A stretch of 63,167 nucleotides of DNA, filler included, from Folioceros fuciformis (lineage: Eukaryota): the NCBI GenBank assembly GCA_049999805.1. It is 5 parts of 4 records of this genome, joined end to end, with 100 filler letters (N's around TTAATTAATTAA, not from the genome) between each part and the next. Parts side by side here need not be neighbours in the genome. Positions count along the whole stretch, not along the records: positions 12,643 to 32,048 come from JBNGIO010005871.1; 4 more parts are not named here. One strand, written 5' to 3'. Made by a program: the position numbers and the translations under genes. Shown piece by piece: positions 13,323 through 26,487 of the stretch (the first letter of the stretch is position 1; every line of letters starts with the position of its first letter). The notes beneath the pieces were generated by a model. The model did no database searches and was not told the origin of the DNA. It saw nothing but the letters and a program-made list of their open reading frames with translations.

Positions 13323-16300
13323 CTACTGTGAACAATTCTGAGTAGGCAAGACAAAAACTCTAAGACCCATAGAAGTGAGATGCTTATAATGCTTGATTTT
13401 AGCAAGCCCTTTTGTCAGCAAGTCTACAATATTGTCTCGTGTATTAGGTAATCCACTTTAGCAACTCCTCTATCAGCCACATTTCTTATATAGTGATGAT
13501 AAAGCTTGATATGCTTAGTTCGAGCATGAAACCTAGGGTTGGCAACTAGGGCAATAGCTGACATGTTATCACATAACCGAGGGGTCGCTGTCTGTTGGGT
13601 CATGAAGATAGATTCTAGGAACTGCCTTTCCCACTCAATCTCCTTACAAGCGTCTGTCAGAGCCTTATACTCAGCTTCAGTATATGAGAGAGCAAGGGAG
13701 GATTGCTTTTTACAGGACCAGTTGACGGCGCCAGAAGAGAAGAGGCAGACATGAGCAGAGAGACTTCTTCTGGAGTCAGAATCCAAGGCCCAATCTGCGT
13801 CTGCCAAAACTGTAAGTACACACTCCTTCTTACCACTAGCCGTGTAGTGTAAGCCAAGGTTGATGGTGCCTTTACGATAACGGTAGATCCATTTTACTAC
13901 AGACCAGTGAGCCCTACCAGGAGCCTTCAAGAACTGGGCAACTACACTGACAGAATAGCTGATGTCAGGTCTTGTCCAGTTTGCCAAAAAGATCAGGCAC
14001 CCCACTGCCTCTGCATAGGGGACAGAAGCCATGTCCTTTTCCTCCTCTGCAGACTGTAGGGACTGATCAGCAGTGAGTTTTTCTCCAACGACGAAAGGGG
14101 CAGAGATTGGCCGAGCTTCATCAAGGTAAAAACATTTTAAAATTTCTTTAAGGTGCTTAGTCTGGTGGAGCACTATTGTACCCCTCTCTCTGTTTCTGAG
14201 GATCTGGATGCCCAGACAGAATTGAAGAGGGCCTTGATCCGTCATCTCACATTCACTGCGCAGAAGATCCTTACAGTATTGATGTGGGACACACTGTTAC
14301 TGAGGAGAATGACATCATCGATGTACAAAGCCAGAATCACAAACGAGCCTGAACCAGCTAAGTAAAAAACATTTGTATCTGCTGAGGATTGTAAGAAGCA
14401 AGACTGAAGCAGAAACTTTGTGATACGTTTGTACCATGCTCTCGGACTCTGTTTAAGGCCATATATTGTCTTCAATAGTTTGCAAACTTTATGAGGCCAC
14501 TTCTTACTAACAAACCCTTCTGATTGAACCATGTATAGGGCCTCCTCAAGCTCTCCATGAAGAAATGCCGTACACACGTCCATTTGATGAAGCTCAAGAT
14601 CAAATTCAGCAGCCAGGGCAAGCAAGATTCGAACAGATGGTGGTTTGACTATTGGTGAGAATGTATCTCCAAAATCAACACCTGGAATATGTGAGAATCC
14701 TCTCGCAACAAGTCTGCTCTTATATCTAGATATAGTCTCGTCAGCTTTAAGTTTGGTTTTAAAAACCCATTTGCAACTAATTGGCTTGCGTCCAAGGGGA
14801 AGATCAGATAGTTCCCATGTGCCATTCTTCATCAACGAGTTGTATTCGTCATCAATAGAGACTCTCCAGTGTGTAGCATCAGGTCTTGATAAAGCCTCTG
14901 AATAACTTTGTGGGTCTGGTCTGACATCAGGTACATGAAGATCTGTTACATGTGCTCCATGTCTACGAAAGTCATGAGCCTGATATGGAGGTTCAAGCCA
15001 ATTGTCTCGAGTCCTGCGCTCTCGCATAGGATAGCAAGAGGTTTCACGTTCAAGATTGTCTACAGGTGCTTCTTCATGAGGCTCAGGTATGTGTTCCTCA
15101 CTCACAATTTCCTATGGAGCCTCCTTTGCTGGCAAATCATCTGAACGAACTGATTCTTCAGACTAGACTGACCTAACGTCATCTTGGTTGGCAGGATCTT
15201 AGACTGTCTGAGCATCCTGTGTAAACAAGCCATCAACATCACATGGTGCAACTGCAAGGTCTCCATCAAAGTCTGGATAAGAGGTTTGATCCTGATCGAC
15301 ATCTGGATTAGCAGACAAGTCTTGCATTGTGGAGAGTGATGCTGACTTATACAGCCGAGTTACTGCTATGTCAGAACGAGGAGAAGTAAGCTCAGAAAAG
15401 GTGGCACTGCGTGACAAGGTAATTCTCGAATTTGATGGGTCAAAAAGTTTGTAGGCTTTGGACTCTTCTGAATATCCAAGGAATATAAGGGGCTGAGCTC
15501 GATCGTCCAACTTCTTCCTTTTTGCTTCAGGAATATAGGCAAAAGCTGGAGAGCCAAAAACCTTCAAGTGCAACAAACTGGGTTTCTAGTCCCAAAAGGC
15601 CTCATATGGAGTTCGACCAGGCAATGCAGAGGTTACAACTCTGTTAAGAATGTAAGTTGCACAAACAATAGCTTTTGCCCAATATTTGTTTGGAAGAGCA
15701 GCCCACGAGAACATACTTTGAACCATGCCCATAAGAGTTTGATTTTTCCTCTCTGCAACTCCGTTCTGTTGTTGTGCGTAGGGAACAGAGAGTTGCCTTG
15801 TAATACCATATTCCTCAAAGAGGTCATCAAACTGACGACCTGTAAACTCTCCACCATTATCTGTTCTGAAACATTTTACTAATTTACTTGTCTGCCTTTG
15901 AACCATCTTGATCCAGGTAGAGATGGTTCCAAATACATCACTCTTAACTCTGAGAGGAAAAGTCCAAGTGTATCGCAAGAAGTCATCCGTCAAGGTCAAG
16001 TAATACTCAGCTCCTCCAAGAGATTTGACAGGTAACTTTCCAACAATGTCTACATGCACTAGTTCCAATACTTGCTTTGCTCTTGTAGCAAGTTTATTTT
16101 TAAAGGGTAGTTCTTTCTGCTTGGACAGGATGCAAGAACTACAAGGTGCAAGTTGTTTAAAGCATAGTGGCAGACTCTCACGATAACAAGACGACTTGGA
16201 CATCAAATCCAATTTAGACCTATTCACATGACCTAGTCTAGCATGCCACACTTGGGCTTGGACATCCAAAGCAGGAAGGTATGCCTTGTTCTTGGACTTT

Positions 16301-17683
16301 TGAATAGGTACTAATTGATAAAGATCATTGACGAGAATAGCTTTACCAACATAACGTCCTGGATCTAACAAAGAGTGGATGTAGCAAGTTTGTTTTTCAA
16401 ACCTAAAGCCATACTTATGGCTTTCTGTAATGGCTCTAATGGACAGCAAATTCTTACCCATTTCAGGAACATAAAGAACATCCTGAAGATGCAATGTGGA
16501 GCCATCAAGCAAAGGGATGTCTGCTTCTCCAATTCCTTTTACCTCTATACCATGAGAATCACCTACGAAAACTGACAATGATGTTTTCTGTTCAGTAAAG
16601 GTGGAGAACATATGCTGATTATTGCAAACATGTGCAATAGCCCCTGAGTCAATATACTAACTCCGAGTATTCTCAATGGTAGACGTCATGCAAACTGTAA
16701 GAACTGTACTGCTTCTTCGAGCAGATTGTTGTCGACTAGGTAACATTCGTTGTTCCTTAGTAGAAACATGAGCCTCGGCTCTTGCATCCTTCTTTTTCCT
16801 ACAGTCTTGTTCCCAGTGCCTAGGAATTTGGCACCAATTGCAACTACCTGTCGCTTAGTGGTTGGGGAAGAGGAAGAAGAAGGAGCAACATGAGCAGATA
16901 AGTTTTGTCCCTTTTTGTTCTTATTATCCTTCCCTTTCCAAAGCCCTTTTCCCTTTACAGCAAATAGGACTTTCTCACCGCGAAGTCTTGAACCTGGATG
17001 AGCTCGCTGACGACTCTGCTCCTCTTGCAGGAGGGCCCCAATGATTTCATTCAGGTTTAGTGTTGAAGGCTGATCACTCGCTGCAGCCTTATATGCATCG
17101 CGCAGAGTGGCATTTTGACTTGAGATAAATGTTTGGAAGGAAGAAGGAAGATTGGATAGTAGTTGAGCAGTCATCTCCACGTCCGTTATCTTGGTTCCCA
17201 GCGCAGCAAGTTGTGCTCGCAGGTGCCTCAACTTAATGATATGTGCTCCAACTGGTTCTCCCTCCTTCAACCTGAGACTGTGAAAGTCATTCCTTACATT
17301 AATCAAGGTACAGATATTCTGAACCTGGTAAGTCTCAGTAAGTTGATTCCAAATTGCTTCAGCTGAGTCAAGGAAGTCAACTTTAGTAACAGTCGTTTCA
17401 TCCAAGCCAGATAGCAGAATGGCACAGGCGATTTTATTGCCCTTCTTCCATTTTGCTTTTTCATCTGCTGACGGTTGCACTGTTGCTATGGCAGGGACCA
17501 AGAACAGATTGGGAATTGAGCCATCCACATTTCCCAAACGTCTCTAGCGTCCAAGTTTGTCTTCATTCGAGCTTTTCAACTCTCACAGCGAAGTGGCTTT
17601 CCATCAAATCGATCCTTTTCCTTGAATTCTCCAGAGTAGAGTGATCCTAAAGATGTAGATTGTGAGACCACTCCTGTAAACAT
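13323..17683 (-). pseudogene. Copia element 1 gag-pol, frameshifted and stop-interrupted
   Basis: ORF pieces 16686-17537, 15586-16611, 15199-15576, 14242-15105 and 13424-14245. The RNase H tail DLLTKGLAK... ends near 13323. Confidence 0.88.
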
Positions 17684-18054
17684 AGTAATAGTACTGTGTG
17701 TCGTTATTTGTACAGGAAGCGATGGAGAAGAGTAAAGCCACAAGAAAGGGGAGCTCTCTGAGTCACTATCTAGATCAAACCAAGACATACCCAAAAGAGT
17801 TCACCAAGAAAAAACGAAACGACACTAAACCAGACACGAATGGGTAAGTGTTGTTTTAAATAAATGCTAAGAAAAATATCGTGAACCTGAGGCAAGAAAA
17901 CCCTAACTGAAAACTGACACCGGTTCATATCCATGTCCCAGGATGCCAAGTCTACACAGTTGGAAAGGTTTAGGTTCCTGAGGATGGAACCGACACACTG
18001 GAGAAGATCAACAATGCGCCCTGTGTCCAAACGCAGGTATACCTAAAAGCTCCC

Positions 18055-18657
18055 TCACACCCTTTCAAATCTGAAAACAGTTGGAGTGTGATTCCATTGT
18101 GCTATCACCTTCTCGCACAGGCACAGGGATTCAAGATACAAAGCAACAACTGGTCGAGATGTAGAAATCGAGGCAGATGGTTGAAGAGGCTTGCGCTGAG
18201 CAACTTGGTTCACCAACGAGGTAACTTCAGTTTGTAATATCTGAACAGCAGCGAAAATTTGGCCTAGTCTTGATTGAAACTGTGAAAACAGCTGAATCAC
18301 CAAGGTCTAAAGGCTATTAAATCGTTGAGAAACATTGGCGAAAGAGAAGCATCCATATAAGTCAGAATTCTCAAATCTCTCGTTTCCTTCACGCTCATTT
18401 GCCCACTGATTTCGTTTTCTCCTTGGTTGCAGAGAAAAACGAGTATGCCAATTATTCAACTCCAGGCGCCGTGCTGCAACGCGATTGGAAAAGGAATGTG
18501 GCGAGGCTGCAGTCTTTCTCCTGCTTCTATCATGGCTTGAGCGTCCTTGATGCCACAGTTCAGAATCAAAGGGGTCACTCAACCCAAAAGTTCCCCTGCC
18601 ACTTCTTGGAGAGAAAAGAGCAGTCATGGAACTGCATCTGTTTCCTCTCCGAGACAT
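18055..18657 (-). pseudogene. Extra ORF upstream of gag in Copia element 1, interrupted by one in-frame TAG
   Basis: ORFs 18307-18657 and 18055-18303 share a frame and are separated by TAG at 18307-18309. The peptide aligns without gaps to the 59745-60452 ORF. Confidence 0.6.
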
Positions 18658-18896
18658 CTTTAGTGCAGGGCCTATCTTATATAGTATCTATCAAACATAT
18701 ATAAATTAGTTAGATAGATCAAATAGGCTATACTAACGTATTGTATGCAGGTTGGTGGCAGAGAGATATCAGCAAATCTCAGCCTTCCCATTTTCCCATT
18801 TCAGAAGGTTGAGGTTCGCTGACACCTCTAAATCACTAACTAGACATCACACTTATTGACTAGATTATGTGTAGTGGAAGTCTCAGAGGTTCGATT

Positions 18897-18908
18897 GCTC
18901 TGATACCA
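18897..18908 (-). promoter_or_regulatory. Primer-binding site (tRNA-iMet) of Copia element 1
   Basis: Minus strand reads ...CA|TGGTATCAGAGC, the canonical plant PBS directly after the LTR end. Confidence 0.9.
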
Positions 18909-19092
18909 TGATGCTTTCTATATATGTGATTCCATACATAAGACAAATATATTCTAGAAAATGCAAGCAAGCATATATAGAATGATAATGAATAGTTGTA
19001 TACTGTTGTTTTTATAGTTTGAGTTTTATTAACCCTTGTCGGTTTAAGAACCGAGTTAGGTTAACCATAGGTTACTTATGTAACCTCTAACA
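18909..19092 (-). repeat. Putative 5' LTR (~184 bp) of Copia element 1
   Basis: Minus strand starts TGTTAG and ends CA adjacent to the PBS; AT-rich. The partner LTR is not visible, so the outer boundary is unconfirmed. Confidence 0.6.
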
Positions 19093-21749
19093 TCTTGCCC
19101 ATAGAAAAAATGATCCCTATTAATATAGAGTTGGGATCTCAACCCGAAATTTGACGTAAATCTCTTTTTAGTAGAATTCGCACGTCAGGCACAAGTTGTG
19201 TTTGGTGATCAATTGGTATATTACAAACTTGCAGTACACCAATTGATCACCAAGTGCAGAAGTAGTGTTCTCAAATGCAGATGTTACCAGCTCTGGGCAT
19301 AGTGCTCTAGCAACCCAAGCATATTCACCATCCTTGCCCAGTATGAGACACCGCTTGAGACGTGCTTTAAATGGGTCATGACAAACCTTGTCAACCTTAG
19401 CTAACTCCAAACAAGATTTTGTTGCTAGTAGGTCCTCCTTCTGAAGAGCTTGCCAATCTTCAAACCGAAAACGATGAAGTTGAGAGGCCACCTCTCTATG
19501 ACCTGAAAGACCACCCTAGAGCGCCAAAGACACCATCTGGGAGGAAAAGGAACAAAATCCAAGCATCCTTATCCCTCAGGTCCTGGGTAAGGTGATCCAA
19601 GGGAAGACGATAAGCAAGGCAAATATCATTACATAGGTGCCTTAGAGAACGTCAGAAGAGATGAGGACACGGAAAATTAGCATGGAAAAGTGCTAACAAG
19701 CGATCAAATTGCCCTCGAAGCTACAACCAAGCCTTTAGGGGCGGCTGTAAGTATAAAACCAGTGGACGGGCCATAGGGCAGCAGATGGAGACGGAGACAA
19801 AACAAAATAAGACGTTGAGTTGCATGGCGTGGTTCAGTGTAGGTCCGATGGAATTCCAAAGGAAGGGAGGTTGGAGTTAGAGCAGGGGGAGAGGGGTGGG
19901 GAGGGAGATATGGATCCGGACACGAGGATGCCGCTTCACGGGGTCCGGGATGAAGAGGCAAAGTTGGTGACGGGCGGAAGAGAGGGAGGAAGGAAGAGGT
20001 GCACTATTGTAAACGAAAAAATATTTAGGAATTCCTTGCCAAGGTGTATGACTAAGTGGTTTTTTGTTTTTTTGTTAAGTCTGTGTGAAATCAGATTAGG
20101 TTAGGAGTAGGCCAGGGTATTTATGCTCAAGAGTTCCTTGGCCCATGAAGTTTAAGTTTTGGGTTGACCAATAATTGGTCCGTGGACCATCTTAGGGGGG
20201 TGTTGTTTATTCCTTGGCCTTCGGCCTTTGAACAAGTTCTAAAAGCCTCTAAAAGCCTATACAAGGAGGACCCCTAATATCTATATAGTTAGTTGTGATT
20301 AGCTCGAGGGAGGGTCTGTGGACTTAGATTGAGAAGAAGGTAGCTGTGGAGCGATTCTTGCAACCAAGAACCACTAAAAGGGCCACATTAATCCCTATTG
20401 TCGTTGCAGTCCTAAGATTCGCTTCCAAGGGAGTGAACTAGTATCAAGGCAGTCTACTACCCTTCTCTAATGCACTAACTTAATACTATCCATCTGCACT
20501 GACCTAACCCTGAAAGAGCTACATCGGTTAGGTCAGGCCCCATAGCTCTATTCCTAACACCAACCACCTCTACAGCTGAAAGCAAACTCTAGCATCAGCT
20601 CCGGCCTCCACGCTCAGCTCCAAGTACCAACCATCTCGGTAGCCAAAAGGAGATTCCGGCTCAGGCCCGGCCTCCAACCCTCAGCTCCATGTCCCAACCA
20701 TCTCAGTAGTTGAAAGGAGGCCTCAGCACCCACTTTAACCTCCACTCTCAACTCCAAGCACCTGCCACCTCTGCAGCTGAAAGGAGACTCCAACACCCAC
20801 CCAGGCTCCAACTCTCAGCTCCAAGTCCCAATCACCTCAACTGTTGAACAAGAACTTGAACTTCAGCTCTAGCTTCTCATATAACTTCCACTCCTCAGCT
20901 CTAGCACTCCAGCACCTCACTTTAATTCAACTCCCCAAACCTGCAGCTCAACCCTTCACTCTTAGAATTAAGAACACAACAACCTCACCCCTTGCAGCCT
21001 TGAGGTAGAGGTGTGAGGACTAGGGCTGGATAGCTGCCTTGGCTTACAGGTGAGGACTAGGGTTGGATAGCTGCCTTGGCCTACAGCCCTACAACCTCAC
21101 CTCAACCCGCATGCAAAAGGGTTAGCCACTGCAGATCCGGCCACACGGATTTCGATAGTCTAGGGATCCACCATGTCCCCCTAGTGGCAAGGGGTATAAG
21201 CCCTTGGTTCAATCTCACACCGGGTTCGCACTCTAACCCGGCCAGTGCTAACCCGGCAACCTGAAAAGGGGAATCACACCATAAGATTACCCCCTCCTCA
21301 ATGAGAGGCTTGGCTTCTTATACTACCTTAGCCTAGGACCCCATCTCTAACTAATAGGTAGGGTTAGCCTCAGTCAACGCTCGCAATCTATTTCTAACCT
21401 AAACCTAAACCTAACCCTAATTTTGACCTAAGCCACTCCTAACTTTGACCTAACTCAGACTTAAAAAGGGATTGCCCCCACCCTTGGACACAACCCCTAC
21501 CCNNNNNNNNNNNNNNNNNNNNNNNNNNNNNNNNNNNNNNNNNNNNNNNNNNNNNNNNNNNNNNNNNNNNNNNNNNNNNNNNNNNNNNNNNNNNNNNNNN
21601 NNCCCTTGGACATTATTGGTTGCCCCTACAAAAAATCACTAGCCTCTCAAAACTACCAAAAATCATCAATGCCTCTCAAAATTACAAAAAATTATCAGTG
21701 CCTTTCAAGAGTCTCTCCTCTCTCATATCATCCCTTTCCCTCATATCAT

Positions 21750-21872
21750 CTTGCAATCCTTCAGAACCTCCACCTCCCTCTTGCAATCCTTCAGAACCTC
21801 CACCTCCCTCTTGCAATCCTTCAGAACCTCCACCTCCCTCATATCATCCTGCAACCCTTCAGAACCTCCACC
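21750..21872. repeat. 30-bp tandem repeat, about 4 copies
   Basis: Unit ttgcaatccttcagaacctccacctccctc; related degenerate units continue to ~22020. Confidence 0.9.
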
Positions 21873-22194
21873 TTCTTCCGATCCTTCCCATCATGTTGGC
21901 CAATCAAATACTCCCCATCCTGTTGCCCAATCAGAACCTCCTCCTTCTTCCAATCCTCTACTTCCCATCCTGTTGGCCAAAAATCTCCACCTTCTTCCAA
22001 TCCTCTACTCCCCATCCTATTGGCCAAGGAAGCCCCATGGTGCAGCCCACCCTTGAAGGGGTTGCCCTTGTAACCATGGCACCTGTCAAGCCCTTGTAAC
22101 CATGGCACCTGAAAGTGACATCCCGACATCTCTTCCAACATAAGCTTCCTTCGATCTCTTGCCAACATAATTATCACTAGGCTTCCCGCGGATG

Positions 22195-22312
22195 GCTTCG
22201 CGCGGGAAGCGCGTGTGGCTTCGCGCGGGAAGCGCGTGTGGCTTCGCGNNNNNNNNNNGCGGGAAGCGCGTGTGGCTTCGCGCGGGAAGCGCGTGTGGCT
22301 TCGCGGGGGAAG
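22195..22312. repeat. 23-bp CpG-rich tandem repeat spanning a small gap
   Basis: Unit gcttcgcgcgggaagcgcgtgtg. Confidence 0.9.
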
Positions 22313-22444
22313 CCCGTCTGGCTTCCACGGGCTGCTCGTGGATGGAAAGCCAACTGCTAATAGCCAACTGGTAATTATGTCTCCGGCTGGCCTCATGAGA
22401 GGTACCTTGCTCCTGGCTCCAATCCAGTGGCAGGGGTTTCGCTG

Positions 22445-22548
22445 CAGGGCTCACGAGTGCCCGCTGTAGGGCTCACGAGTGCCTTGGGACTCACGAGTGC
22501 CCGCTGCAGGGCTCACGAGTGCCTTGGGACTCACGAGTGCCTTGGGAG
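22445..22548. repeat. 18-22-bp tandem repeat, about 5 copies
   Basis: Core gg(g/a)ctcacgagtgcc recurs five times. Confidence 0.85.
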
Positions 22549-23349
22549 CTGCCAAGGTTGACTGTTCCAAGCCCCACAGAAACATTGTTCCTTCGCATGA
22601 ATCTTCTACCAATTGCCCAATTCATCATGTCCCCTTTCGACCCCAGCAGGTTCTGGAACTCGGCCCCCAGCAACTTCTCCTACACAAATGCCTTCAGCGA
22701 CCAAACCTGGAACACCAGCCCCCGAGTCGCACTTGTCGATTTGCCCCCAATTTGACACCTCCCTAAAGCGGTATCGTCAACAGAGGCCTTCGCCATCACC
22801 TGGTTTCGGATCTAGTCGTCTGCCAAACACCTGTGCTTGCCCCGTAGCTGCCATTGCCAGCCAGCCTGCCGCCCTGGCCTGCCTACCATCTGCCGATTTG
22901 GCCGGCCAACCAACCAGCAAACTTGGCTCCCGATGTCAGCCCGCCTGCCTACCCTTAGCAATCAGGCCATTGTTGGCTCGGCCATCTGCCAAGCCGCCTA
23001 CAAGCCGGCCGGCCTGCCTGCTAGCAGCCGGGCCGGGCGGGTTGCCTTCAGCCCGTACTGTGGGCCCGTCCTTCCTCTCCGGCCAGGCTTCCCCCGGCCG
23101 GCCGCTGCCTTGCTCCGCGCTGGCCTCCCTTTGCCAGACAGCACAACCCGGATCAGCCCGAGGCTCGTCTGTCCTGGATCCGCCCGGAAGACCGCCTCCA
23201 GCCGGCCTGCCATTCCCCTGCCAGCCCCTGCCTCGCCAGCCACTGCCGGCTGCCTGCCTGCGCCGGGCTGGACCAGTCATAGCCAGCCTACAAGCCCCCA
23301 CAACTCTGCTCTTGGCGCCCTCCCGCCTAGATGTCGAATCGCCAGCCGC

Positions 23350-23622
23350 CCGACTGCCTGGCTCCAGGATCGGCCAGCCACAGCCAGCCCAGCTACCCGA
23401 CCAGCCGGGCCGCCTGCCTGGCTCCAGGATCGGCCAACCATAGCCAGCCCGGCTACCCGACCAGCCGGGCCACCTGGCTAGCTCCAAGATCGGCCAACCA
23501 CGGCCAGCCCGGCTACCCGACCAGCCGGGCCACCTGCTTGGCTCCAGGATTGGCTAGCCACAGCCAGCCCGGCTACCCGACCAGCCGGGCCACCTGCCTG
23601 GCACCAGGATCGGCCAGCCAGC
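23350..23622. repeat. 60-bp GC-rich minisatellite, about 4.5 copies
   Basis: Successive 60-nt lines begin ccagccgggc and end ctacccga. Confidence 0.92.
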
Positions 23623-24894
23623 CCGCCCCACTGCCGCTACCAGGCTGCCTGGATCCTCTGTCCCCAGAGGCCGCAAACCGGCCTCCTACACGACACTGCC
23701 GCCTGTCCTCCCGGACTGCCTACATACCGTATCCGGCTGGCCGCCAGCCTACTTGGGATCCTGCAGCCAGGCCCCTGCCTGGCTTCCGGATCCGGCCCCG
23801 ACCGTCTGGGGCCCCTAGCCAGCCGTCCTGATGGACGCGATTCAGGCCAGTCGGCCATGGCTGCCTGACCCCTACGTCGCCCGGCTGCTGCTACCAGGCT
23901 GCTCGCCTGCTGCCGGCCGGGCCAGGCTGCTTGCTGGGCTGTCTGCCCTGCTGGCCCGCCTGTCTGTTCCTCAGCAGTCGGGCAACTACTGGCCCAGCCG
24001 ACCAACTAGGCCGCCTATCCAGCCAGGCCGACTGGAGCCGGCTAGCCAGCCGGCCTGGATCCACCGCCTGGATCCGGCCCTACCAGCCAGCCGCGACCAA
24101 CGGCCTGCCATTGCCCCCCGGCCAGGTCTCTCCCCAGCCTCCTGCTTCGCTCAGGACCGACTGGCCTGCCAGCCGCTTGGGATCCTGCAGCCAGGCCTCT
24201 GCCTGGCTTCCGGATCCGGCCCTGGCCGTCCGGATCTGGCACCGCTGACAGGCCTGGATCCGGCGCCTCCGCTGGCTGTTGTGGCTTTGCCTCCGACTGC
24301 CTCAGACATGCCCCTGCTCTCCTTGCTGCCGGGTCGCCTACCGGCTTGGTCCACCTGCCCAGAGGTCGCAAACCGGCCTTCCACCCTACGGATCCGGCAG
24401 CTGCTGAGCTGCCTGCCGGCCTCCCGGTCCGGCCCCGGATGCAGGCTTGCCCCCGGTCCGGGCTGGGCTGCTACACTTGCTGCACACACTTCTCACCGCT
24501 CCACATCACTCCACCACACACCTCTCTTTGCTCCACATCACTCCACCACACTGCTCCATGGCCTTTGCTTCGAGAAAGACATTTGAATTACCATTGAAAG
24601 ACATTTTGTTGACATCACCTAATTCATGTGACACACTATTTCATATATAGTTTTATTATATATATTATATAAATAAGATTAAAATTTTGATAAATAATTC
24701 TCTCGACTTGGAGTACATCAATATTTCACTCTCTTCCTTTCGCTAGAATGAATATCCACAGTAATGATGTATTAGTTATAAATTGCATGGAGAACATAGA
24801 CTGTATAGATCCATGCACTTCCAACGCGACGCTTTCTTTACCCTACATACAGTAGTTGGACCATATTTAGCACCCAGCTTCGCCTGGACCTAAA

Positions 24895-25037
24895 CCCCGT
24901 GGTCAGAGATGTCATCAGTTCCAGCGGAAACCCCATGGTTAGAGATGTCATCAGTTCCAGCGGAAGCCCCGTGGTTAGAGATGTCATGAGTTCCAGCGGA
25001 AGCCCCGTGGTTGGAGATGTCATGAGTTCCAGCGGAA
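24895..25037. repeat. 36-bp tandem repeat, 4 copies
   Basis: Unit ccccgtggttagagatgtcatcagttccagcggaag. Confidence 0.92.
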
Positions 25038-25055
25038 GAAGCATACCATCAGGAT

Positions 25056-25757
25056 GTGGGTGTGGATGCGCAGGAGGCCGTTGTGGAGTGGAACGATGGC
25101 AAACTATCTGATGACATTGTGGCCAAGATCCTGGTAAAGCTGCCGCTGGTGAGCCTATTTCGGTCAGCTGCTGTGTGCAAAGCTTGGAAGGAGACTTGCA
25201 AGGAGGTGGTGGCGTCGACCTTAGCGGGAGCGGCTGGCGCCTCGAGGAGGTGTGCTGGACTCATGGATGCTGTTCACGACAGGCTACGGTGATTCCGGCG
25301 TCACCTCCTGCGCCTAAGACCCTGCCTCGAATAGATGGTACCGACCACCGGTCCCGGTATGGGTACGATCCTTTCGGAGCCGGCCTCTGGAGGTGACCTC
25401 GATGTCTGCAGGCAGTGGTGTGCTCCTGACCGCCAGGTACAGAGCGCTCCAGGTGGACCTTTGGTATTGCCCCACATTGGCAGCCCCCTGACCAGCTCCT
25501 GCGCCTGGCTACCGGAGCTCCCGGATTCGCTGGAGCTGAGGGATGTGCGAGGCATCTTCGTGGACGCCACAACACGCTGCTTCAAGCTGGTGGCGGTGCG
25601 CGACGGCTGGGTTTCTCCTTGGGATACGGACGATTGTACGGTGCCCACATGTGTCTTCGATTCCAGCGCTGGGGAGCTGGAATGTGACGAGCTGCGTTGC
25701 CCGCGTCTGGAATGGTCAACCCTCACCCATCCGTGTATTTCATGCCATGCCCGGTAA
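25056..25757 (+). pseudogene. F-box pseudogene
   Basis: F-box WNDGKLSDDIVAKILVKLPLVSLFRSAAVCKAWK, then in-frame stops, then SPLTSSCAWLPELP...FKLVAV...CVFDSSAG in the same frame. Confidence 0.7.
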
Positions 25758-26414
25758 CATGTGTTTGAAATTCATAGAATTTGTACAACAGATCTACAGC
25801 AGAACTTATTAAATATGCCTTAAACTATTTAGGGTTAGCAATTATTGAAGGGGCGTAGTCTACCCTATTGTGGCAATGAGAACGGCACTTAGGATTTTTG
25901 CCAGTGCCCCCGTTTAGGGTTTGCTTGGTGTGCGGTGTGCGTCCGCCAACCTGTGGTAGACCAAGTGTGGTCTGTTGAATGTGAGCCATTTGGGGATTAT
26001 GATACACCTGTTGGAAAACTTCATGGGAGCATTTGTTCGTTCTCAGTTATGGTCGGAATTCTCAGAGCACATCCGGGTCGCGGGGGGGCTGGACGAAGTG
26101 TAGATCATGCACGACAACCTGAACAGGATCGGGGGCCTCGATTTCAGACAAACGCCTGTGGCTTGGAGGTGGTTTCCCTCATGTCCCTACAAGGGGTTTC
26201 GGGCAGACAGCGTTCACTGCGTGGATCTCTGGCTGGAATTCCCGAGCTGGAACAAAGACTAGAAAATATCTGTGCTGTTTGTTACTGCGCGCGCGCGGTA
26301 AGCTTGTCTACTTTATCGTATCCCGCAATCTTGTTTGCTTGTGCACACCAATTTTTGTCTAGAATTCGTGAAGAAAGAAATGTATGTGAGCGCTAAAGCT
26401 ATCGAGAACCTGAT

Positions 26415-26487
26415 TCTCTCACCACTCTTCCCAACTTGCCCACCACCTGGTCTACCTCTTGCCCAGATCTCTTCATGATGTATAGAC
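26415..26487 (-). pseudogene. Isolated cytochrome P450 J-helix fragment
   Basis: Translates IMKRSGQEVDQVVGKLGRVVRES, matching the IMKKAQEEVDxVVGxxRxVxESD pattern of CYP71-clan enzymes. Confidence 0.6.

Larger units (their letters stand above)
12643..19092 (-). mobile_element. Decayed Ty1/Copia LTR retrotransposon (element 1); 3' LTR not visible before the gap
   Basis: Domain order gag (EKDRFDG; zinc knuckle CNWCQIPRHWEQDC), protease, integrase (WHARLGH, FRTDNGGEF, QQNGVAERKN), RT (YKSRLVARGF, LYIDD), RNase H (ADWA...AEY). Fragmented by frameshifts and stops. PBS and a putative 5' LTR are present. Confidence 0.93.

Noticed and set aside
19168-19491. 107-aa ORF next to the element 1 LTR
   Set aside because: Lies outside the inferred LTR and has no recognisable family.
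22613-24586. Long Pro/Ala/Arg-rich ORFs in several frames
   Set aside because: Expected from GC-rich tandem repeats lacking stop codons.
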